From the NCBI GenBank assembly GCA_964563315.1, contig CAZLWG010000006.1, positions 5,198 to 69,197 of the forward strand: 64,000 nt of DNA, read 5' to 3'. Shown here one piece after another: positions 57,672 through 64,000 of this stretch. Each line of letters begins with the position of its first letter. Position 1 is the first letter of the stretch. The notes under the pieces were generated by a model that made no database searches, was not told where the DNA came from, and worked only from the letters and a program-made list of their open reading frames with translations. The translations under genes were made by a program, and so were the position numbers. The stretch is from an uncultured Anaerolinea sp. GTDB lineage: Bacteria > Chloroflexota > Anaerolineae > Anaerolineales > Villigracilaceae.

Positions 57672-58275
57672 TGTAATTGCATGGAGGGAGATCTTTCGGG
57701 GGCGTGTTTGGCATGCTTTGGCAGCGATTGTCGTCAAGGATTCTCCACAGGAAATCGTCCTTGCTGTGTTGCCTGGTGCAGAGCGTTTAACAGAAGAACA
57801 TTATCCACAAGGCAAAAACAATGGAAGACGCCGCTGGGATTTCAGGAGTGAAGACTGGTGTCTCGAAAATTTTCCATGGCATACAACTCGAGCACTGCAG
57901 ATACTCGAGCCCGCCAAGTTTTTCTCGACAATTTATTTTTGGGATAATACCAGCGGCGAATTTCTATGCTATTACATTAATTTTCAAACCCCGTTTAAGA
58001 AAAAAGGGCAAATACTTGATACGCTGGATCTGGATCTCGATTTGATCATCCGCCCCGATTATTCGTTTGAATGGAAAGATTTGGATGATTATCAAAAAGC
58101 CATCGAAGTTGGGATGATCTTGCCTGAATGGATTCATAAGGTCGAAACTACAAAAGAAGAGATATTTGGTAGGCTTGAAAGACGGGAATACCCACTCGAT
58201 GGGTCCTGGATAAATTGGAAACCGGATTTAAAGTGGCTCGCTTCAAAGCTTCCTGAGGATTGGAACAAAATTTAG
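57655..58275 (+). CDS. DUF402 domain protein
   Basis: Start MWKYGD; CYYINFQTP, DTLDLDLDLII, WKDLDDY. Confidence 0.75.
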   Translation: MWKYGDVIAWREIFRGRVWHALAAIVVKDSPQEIVLAVLPGAERLTEEHYPQGKNNGRRRWDFRSEDWCLENFPWHTTRALQILEPAKFFSTIYFWDNTSGEFLCYYINFQTPFKKKGQILDTLDLDLDLIIRPDYSFEWKDLDDYQKAIEVGMILPEWIHKVETTKEEIFGRLERREYPLDGSWINWKPDLKWLASKLPEDWNKI

Positions 58276-58286
58276 AGGTACAAGAC

Positions 58287-59060
58287 ATGATACTCCCGCA
58301 AAAAACCATCGAATATGAAAGATTTGAATTCAAAAAATGGGAGCATTTCAACTCCGAGACCATTGTCGAAATGCCCGTCTCTCTAACCGTCAACGGTCAG
58401 GTGTGGATCTCGTTCATGTGTACGCCTGTGGATCTGGAGGCGCTGGCTGTGGGCTTCCTTTACAATGAAGAGATCATCGAAAGCATGGACGACGTCGCGG
58501 ATGTGCGCGTGTGCGAACACGGCGACAATGTGGACGTTTGGCTAAATCAGGCGGTGGAACAACCGGCAAATTGGCGCAGGACTTCCGGCTGTACCGGCGG
58601 CGTGACAGCTGTTGACCTCCTGGCGAAACCAAATGTCTCGTTTGCAGAGAGCAGGCTTGAGGTCGAACCGGAGGCGATTTGCGATCTCGTGGAGCGCCTG
58701 TTCCAATCCCAATTGCTTTACCGCGAAACGGGCGGCGTCCATACATCCGCTTTGAGCGATGGAGAGAAAGTCATCCTTGTGGCGGAAGACATCGGCCGGC
58801 ATAACACGCTGGACAAGATCGCAGGCTTGGTCCTGATGAAAAACATCCAGCCGAAGAACCGCATCCTCATTACAACCGGACGCATCAGTTCTGAGATGCT
58901 GCAAAAAGCCGCGCGTATTCAAGCGCCAATTCTGATCTCGCGCACCTCCCCATCATCGCTTTCGATCGAGATGGCGGAGCGATATGGAATTACTCTGATC
59001 GGTTATGCGCGAAAACATCGCTTCAACGTGTACTCAAATTCCTGGCGCGTGGGTTTGTGA
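58287..59060 (+). CDS. fdhD: formate dehydrogenase accessory sulfurtransferase FdhD
   Basis: EMPVSLTVNG, MCTPVDLEALAVGFL, TSGCTGG, TGGVHTSAL, EDIGRHNTLDK, TGRISSEM. Confidence 0.95.
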   Translation: MILPQKTIEYERFEFKKWEHFNSETIVEMPVSLTVNGQVWISFMCTPVDLEALAVGFLYNEEIIESMDDVADVRVCEHGDNVDVWLNQAVEQPANWRRTSGCTGGVTAVDLLAKPNVSFAESRLEVEPEAICDLVERLFQSQLLYRETGGVHTSALSDGEKVILVAEDIGRHNTLDKIAGLVLMKNIQPKNRILITTGRISSEMLQKAARIQAPILISRTSPSSLSIEMAERYGITLIGYARKHRFNVYSNSWRVGL

Positions 59061-59067
59061 TTATAAA

Positions 59068-59092
59068 AGCGGCTCAGAGCCGCTCTTTTTTT
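59068..59092 (+). terminator. intrinsic terminator after fdhD
   Basis: AGCGGCT/AGCCGCT stem followed by seven T. Confidence 0.75.
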
Positions 59093-59094
59093 GT

Positions 59095-59120
59095 TATAAT
59101 TGATTGTGAAAATTATCACA
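59095..59120 (+). promoter_or_regulatory. extended -10 promoter with a perfect TGTGA-N6-TCACA operator just downstream
   Basis: TGT-TATAAT (59092-59100), then TGTGA-AAATTA-TCACA (59105-59120), which also resembles the Rex box TTGTGAA-N4-TTCACAA. Confidence 0.6.
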
Positions 59121-59209
59121 TTACAAAGGGACAAATGTCGCACTGAGGTATGAGAAATGAAACTTACCTAAATTGACACAACAAGGAATAATTGCAATGG
59201 AGCAAAAGC

Positions 59210-60952
59210 ATGACCCACAAACTAATTGTTCATAAACCGATTTCGCCCGAAATACAGGAATTCGCGCGCAAGCATGGGAATGACCGCGAAGCTGCGCTGG
59301 AGGTGTTGAAGGAGATTCAAACGCATCACTCCACGCTGACAACGGGCGCTGTCACCGAGGCCGCCCGCGCGCTGAACCTTCCTCCCCGCCACCTGTACGG
59401 CATGGCAACATTTTATTCCATGTTGTCCTTTGAAGAACGGAAGAAAGTATTGCGGGTATGCGACGGCCCGGTGTGCTGGCTTAAGAGGGTAGATGACAAA
59501 TTACCTGCAAGCAACGACCAGCTGATCCAGGAGTGGCAGAATAAAATTGGCGAAGAATTCAGCGTGGAACGAACTTCGTGTTTGGGATTGTGCGACCGAG
59601 CTCCTGCGGCACTTGTTGAAGATCAGCAAGCCGGTCCCATTGACACTGGCGACGCAGCAAAAGTCTGTGATGGTTGGCGGAGCACACCAACCGATTACAG
59701 CAAACCGCGTAAAGGCGAAATTCGTGTGATGATGTCACTGGCAGGGAAGATCGATCCCGATTCGATAGCCGATGCTTTATCAAATCACATCTACGATGGA
59801 TTGAAGAAAGCACTTCAGCTCCCCGCCGAAACCGTTCTATCAGAAGTGGAATCCTCCGGATTGCAGGGGCGCGGCGGCGCGGGCTTTCCTGTCGGGCGAA
59901 AGTGGCGTTTTGTTGCCAGCGAAAAGCGGACACCGCGCTACATCATTTGCAACGCGGACGAATCCGAGCCGCTGATCTTCAAAGACCGCGTGCTGATCGA
60001 CACGAATCCGCATCAAGTGATCGAAGGAATGACGATCGCAGGATACGCCTGCGGCGCATCCGAGGCGTGGATCTATATCCGGGGTGAATACGAACATCAA
60101 GCCCGGCGGCTGGAGAATGCCATCGAACAGGCAAAGTCCAAAAATCTTTTAGGCGAAAATATTTTGGGAAGCGGTTTCTCGTTCAATATTCATGTCCATC
60201 GCGGCGCGGGCGCCTACATTTGCGGCGAAGAGACGGCGCTGATCGAATCGCTTGAAGGCAAGCGCGGCGAACCGAGGTTGCGTCCGCCCTACCCGCCCCA
60301 GTTCGGTTTTCGTGGACAACCAACAGCGGTAAACAACGTCGAATCATTTTGCGCTGTTCCGCACATCATAAAAAACGGTGCAGAGTGGTGGAAATCTCTT
60401 TCGGAATATAAAACACCCGGCACGAAAATGTACATGGTGTTGGGGCATGTAAAGAAACCCGGTTTATTTGAAGCCCCATTCGGGTTGACTCTCCGCGAGA
60501 TCATGAAAGAATTCGGAGGCGGAATGCCCAAGGGCTCAAAATTCAAATTCGCCTTGTGCGGCGGCGCAGCGGGGACAATTGTCAGCGAGGCCATGCTCGA
60601 TGTGCCCATTGACTTTACCTCGGCGCAGCAAGGGATATCGCTGGGCGCCGGCGCATTTTTAATTTGCGATCAAAGTGTTTCGATAGCGGCTATGTTGCGC
60701 GAATTGGTGCATTTCTTCGCGGCGGAATCCTGCGGAAAATGCACGCCCTGCCGCGTGGGGACCTGGCGCGCATTGGAGATTCTCGATCGGATGGCTTCAG
60801 GTAAGGGTTGCAAAGGGGACGTAAAAGAATTGGAATCTCTTGCCAATTTGATGCAAGACTCATCGTTTTGCGGGCTGGGGCAGAGCGCTTCAATACCGAT
60901 CAAATCGGCATTGACTCATTTTAGTTCGGAATTCGAAAAGGCAGAGAGTTAA
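59210..60952 (+). CDS. fused NuoE/NuoF-like NAD(H)-binding diaphorase subunit of formate dehydrogenase
   Basis: NuoE-type VCDGPVC...CLGLC; NuoF-type GRGGAGFP, NADESEP, GAYICGEETAL, SCGKCTPCR, FCGLG; GGAG RBS before the ATG at 59210. Confidence 0.9.
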   Translation: MTHKLIVHKPISPEIQEFARKHGNDREAALEVLKEIQTHHSTLTTGAVTEAARALNLPPRHLYGMATFYSMLSFEERKKVLRVCDGPVCWLKRVDDKLPASNDQLIQEWQNKIGEEFSVERTSCLGLCDRAPAALVEDQQAGPIDTGDAAKVCDGWRSTPTDYSKPRKGEIRVMMSLAGKIDPDSIADALSNHIYDGLKKALQLPAETVLSEVESSGLQGRGGAGFPVGRKWRFVASEKRTPRYIICNADESEPLIFKDRVLIDTNPHQVIEGMTIAGYACGASEAWIYIRGEYEHQARRLENAIEQAKSKNLLGENILGSGFSFNIHVHRGAGAYICGEETALIESLEGKRGEPRLRPPYPPQFGFRGQPTAVNNVESFCAVPHIIKNGAEWWKSLSEYKTPGTKMYMVLGHVKKPGLFEAPFGLTLREIMKEFGGGMPKGSKFKFALCGGAAGTIVSEAMLDVPIDFTSAQQGISLGAGAFLICDQSVSIAAMLRELVHFFAAESCGKCTPCRVGTWRALEILDRMASGKGCKGDVKELESLANLMQDSSFCGLGQSASIPIKSALTHFSSEFEKAES

Positions 60953-60960
60953 GGTGAAAC

Positions 60961-63729
60961 ATGATCAACCTGAAAATTAATGGTCAAGAAATACAAGCCG
61001 AAACCGGAAAAACTGTGTTACAGGTGGCAAGAGAACATGGCATCCGCATTCCTACTCTTTGCTACCATAAGGATTTGAACCCAACAGGCAATTGCCGTAT
61101 GTGCTTGGTCGAAGTGAAAGGTGGAAGGTTTTTACAGGCGGCATGTGTTACTCCGGTTTGGGAAGGCATGGAAATAGAGACCGGCACCGAAAAGGTGATG
61201 AACGATCGTAAGTTGACACTTGAACTCATGCTCGCCAATCACCCGCAGGACTGTCTGACCTGCGATGTAGCGGGCGAATGCGAATTGCAGGATTTGGCAT
61301 ACGAATACAAGGTCGAGGTTCCAACATGGGGAGCGAAAGGTGCGCGTTACCAAGTGGACAGCGACCCGAATCCCTTTATCCGCGTGGATATGAACAAATG
61401 CATTCTTTGCCGCAGGTGTGAATCGGCATGCGCAGAAATTCAAGTCCGCGATGTGTGGGGGGTGGCAAATCGTGGGTTCAGTGAAGTCATGGCGGCGGGA
61501 GCAGGCGTCCCGATGTTGGAAGCGCGGTGCGAGTCATGCGGTCAATGTGTGGCATATTGTCCGACAGGCGCTTTATCCAACAAGATGAATTACGGCGTCG
61601 CGCGCGCGCATCAAGTAAGGAAAGTGACAACAACCTGTTCATATTGCGGCGTGGGCTGTCAATTCGACCTGCTTGTAAAAGATAATAAGGTGATCGGTGT
61701 GGGGTCGAACCCGAACGCGCCCGTGAATGGAATGGCATTGTGCGTGAAGGGACGTTATGGATACGATTACATACATCATCCAGACAGACTGGTAAAACCG
61801 AAAGTTAGAAAGTATTTATTGGAAGGACAGGAAAAGACAAGGGAAGGCGGCGGATGGGAATGGGTGGATGTCGAATGGGATACAGCCCTTAATCTCGTCG
61901 CCGATAAATTTGCAGAAACACGCGCAAATTTTGGCGCGGACACACTGGGCTTCCTCACATCGGCGAAGTGCTTGAACGAAGAAAATTATTTGATGAACAA
62001 ACTGGCGCGGCAGGTCATTGGAACGAATAACATTGACCACTGCGCCCGTCTCTGACACTCCAGCACGGTGGCCGGTCTGGCTGCCTCCTTCGGCTCGGGC
62101 GCGATGTCCAATTCGATGGACGATGTCTCAAAGCACGCGCAGGCGTTTTTCATCATTGGCTCCAATACCACTGAACAGCATCCCGTCTTCGGGACGATGA
62201 TCCGACGAGCGGTGAAATTCCGCGGCGCGAAATTGATCGTTGCAGACCCGCGCAAAATCGACATCACCGAGTTTGCCACCCTGCATTTGCGTCAGCGCCC
62301 CGGCACGGATATTGCCCTCCTCAACGGTTTGATGCACATCATCCTTGAAAAGGGCTGGCACGATCAATCCTTCATTGACGAGCGCACGGAAGGCTTCGAT
62401 GAATTCAAGCAATCTGTGATGCAATATCCACCGGACAAAGCTGCTGAAATTACAAATGTACCTGTCGAGAAGTTATACGAAGCAGCGGAGATTCTCGCCT
62501 CATCCAAGCCGACGGCTGTTCTGTGGGCAATGGGCATTACCCAACACATAGTCGGAGTCCGCAATGTGATGTCGCTTGCCAACCTACAAATGCTCCTGGG
62601 TAATATGGGAAAACCAGGCGGCGGAGTTAATCCCTTGCGAGGACAGAATAATGTGCAGGGCGCATGTGACATGGGCGGTCTGCCGAACGTCTATCCGGCG
62701 TATCAACCGGTGACGAGTGAAGAAGCGCATGAGAAATTTACAAAAGCATGGGGCGCTACGAGCAGCACAAATGTCGGTCTCACCATCACAGAGATGATTC
62801 CCGGGATTCCCGAAGGCAAGATCAAATCGCTTTATATTCTCGGCGAAGACCCGGTGATGTCGGACCCGGACACAAATCACATCCGGCATTGCCTTGAAGA
62901 ATTGGATTTCCTTGTATTGCAGGAGATCTTCCCATCCGAGACGGCGGCGTATGCGGATATATTACTTCCCGGGGCGTCCTTTGCGGAAAAGACAGGCACG
63001 TTCACGAACACAGAACGACGCGTGCAGATGGTCCATCAAGCCATTGAGCCGATCGGCGAGTCAAAGCCGGATTGGTGGATCACGTCTGAAATTGCAAAAA
63101 GGTTGATGGGCAGGATCAGTGATCGGGTCTGGGGTGAGGCGCCGCATGGAAAATGGGAATACAAAGACGCAGCGGAGATCATGTCCGAGATCAATGCAGT
63201 TGCTCCATCCTACGGCGGAATCACTCATCCAAGATTGGAAGCAGGAGAGCGCCTGCAGTGGCCATGCCTGAATGCGGAGCATCCGGGGACGCCGATCTTG
63301 CATGGCAAACAATTTACGCGCGGTAAAGGCAAGTTCATGCCGATTGACCACGTGCCGCCGGCAGAACGTCCCGATGACGACTACCCGATGGTGATGAGCA
63401 CGGGACGAGTGCTGTATCACTGGCATGGCGGGCAGATGACACGGCGTTCTGAGGGAATCATGCAGGTGTACGGCGAGGCGTTGGTGGAAGTGAACCCTGA
63501 TGATGCAAACAAACTTGGACTGAATGGAAAGAATATCGTGCGGATCACGTCGAGACGCGGCTCAATCAAAGCCCAAGCCTGGGTGACGGAACGCGTGCCG
63601 CCTGGCATGGTGTATGCGAATTTTCACTTCCCGGAAGCGTCTGCGAACGAGCTAACCCATGCTTCGCTCGACCCCGTTGCGAAAATTCCTGAATACAAAA
63701 TTACGGCCGTAAAGGTTGAATTGGCGTAA
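60961..63729 (+). CDS. fdhF: selenocysteine-containing formate dehydrogenase alpha subunit with N-terminal [2Fe-2S]/[4Fe-4S] domains (922 aa)
   Basis: Track ORFs 60961-62055 and 62068-63729 are in the same frame, joined by a single TGA at 62053 in DHCARL-U-HSSTVAGL, the FDH active-site motif; SECIS follows; NVQGACDMG and STGRVLYHWH present. Confidence 0.93.
62056..62085 (+). promoter_or_regulatory. bacterial SECIS element
   Basis: Stem GGTGGCC/GGCTGCC with loop GGTCT starting 18 nt after the UGA, the same spacing and GGUCU core as recalled for E. coli fdhF. Confidence 0.85.
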
Positions 63730-63767
63730 GCCAGGTTGTACAATACATTATCCAAAGGAGATGAATT

Positions 63768-64000
63768 ATGACTACTGTCCGCAAATTACTCGAAGCCAAA
63801 AAACACGCAGAAAATTTTTCGGTGGAATCCACAGCCAGTGTGATGGAGGCGCTCAAGGTCATGGCGGAGGCAAACATCGGGGCTGTGCTGGTCACTGAAA
63901 AGGAAAAAATCGTCGGCATCTATACTGAGCGTGATTACCTGCGAAAAGGTGAATTGGAGGGGCGTGTGGCAATAGATACTGTCATCAAAGATGTGATGAT
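63768..64000 (+). CDS. CBS domain protein (partial, runs off the window)
   Basis: Manual translation MTTVRKLLEAK...EALKVMAEANIGAVLVTEKEKIVGIYTERDY; AAGGAG RBS. Confidence 0.85.
   Translation, partial: MTTVRKLLEAKKHAENFSVESTASVMEALKVMAEANIGAVLVTEKEKIVGIYTERDYLRKGELEGRVAIDTVIKDVM

Noticed and set aside
46129-58275. Fosfomycin biosynthesis or self-resistance cluster (resistant MurA plus FomD-like DUF402)
   Set aside because: The genes are about 10 kb apart in unrelated operons and no PEP mutase or other phosphonate genes are present.
60961-63729. Formate dehydrogenase as two genes or a nonsense pseudogene
   Set aside because: The only stop is a TGA at the catalytic Cys/Sec position followed by a SECIS hairpin, so recoding explains it.
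1-64000. CRISPR arrays, IS elements, prophage or defence systems
   Set aside because: No regularly spaced repeats, transposase, integrase, phage or defence motifs were recognised by eye; an HMM scan would be needed to exclude divergent ones.

Overview
Core chromosomal region of a bacterium; the gene repertoire and protein styles suggest Chloroflexota/Anaerolineae (inference, not verified by search). No IS element, integrase, prophage or CRISPR array was seen. Left to right: a Tat-exported sulfatase-like protein, gpmA, mutS, a lower-GC Wzx/Wzy surface-polysaccharide cluster with two methyltransferases, a membrane pyrophosphatase carrying the Na+,H+ dual-pump signature, IscA/ErpA with a Cys/His tail, two tandem SH3 surface proteins, and an fhaA-fhaB-mtnP-rodA operon in which RodA is fused to a catalytically degenerate PBP domain. 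Then ferredoxin, sodA, DMT transporters, YbaK, an SCP2-AOR operon, an amino-acid ABC transporter coupled to dimethylarginine dimethylaminohydrolase, tRNA-Leu(GAG), plsX, two tandem GT-C-like membrane proteins, exonuclease-DinG and a Cys-to-Asp (fosfomycin-resistant type) MurA. Finally a Tad minor-pilin/adhesin cassette with its own prepilin peptidase, a glmS ribozyme with an unusual two-hairpin insertion ahead of glmS, an fdhD operon, and a selenocysteine formate dehydrogenase (in-frame UGA plus SECIS, split in the ORF track) with a fused NuoEF-like partner. Strongest leads: the RodA-pseudoPBP fusion operon, the stand-alone Tad adhesin cassette, the expanded glmS ribozyme and the Sec-FDH module with its promoter operator.
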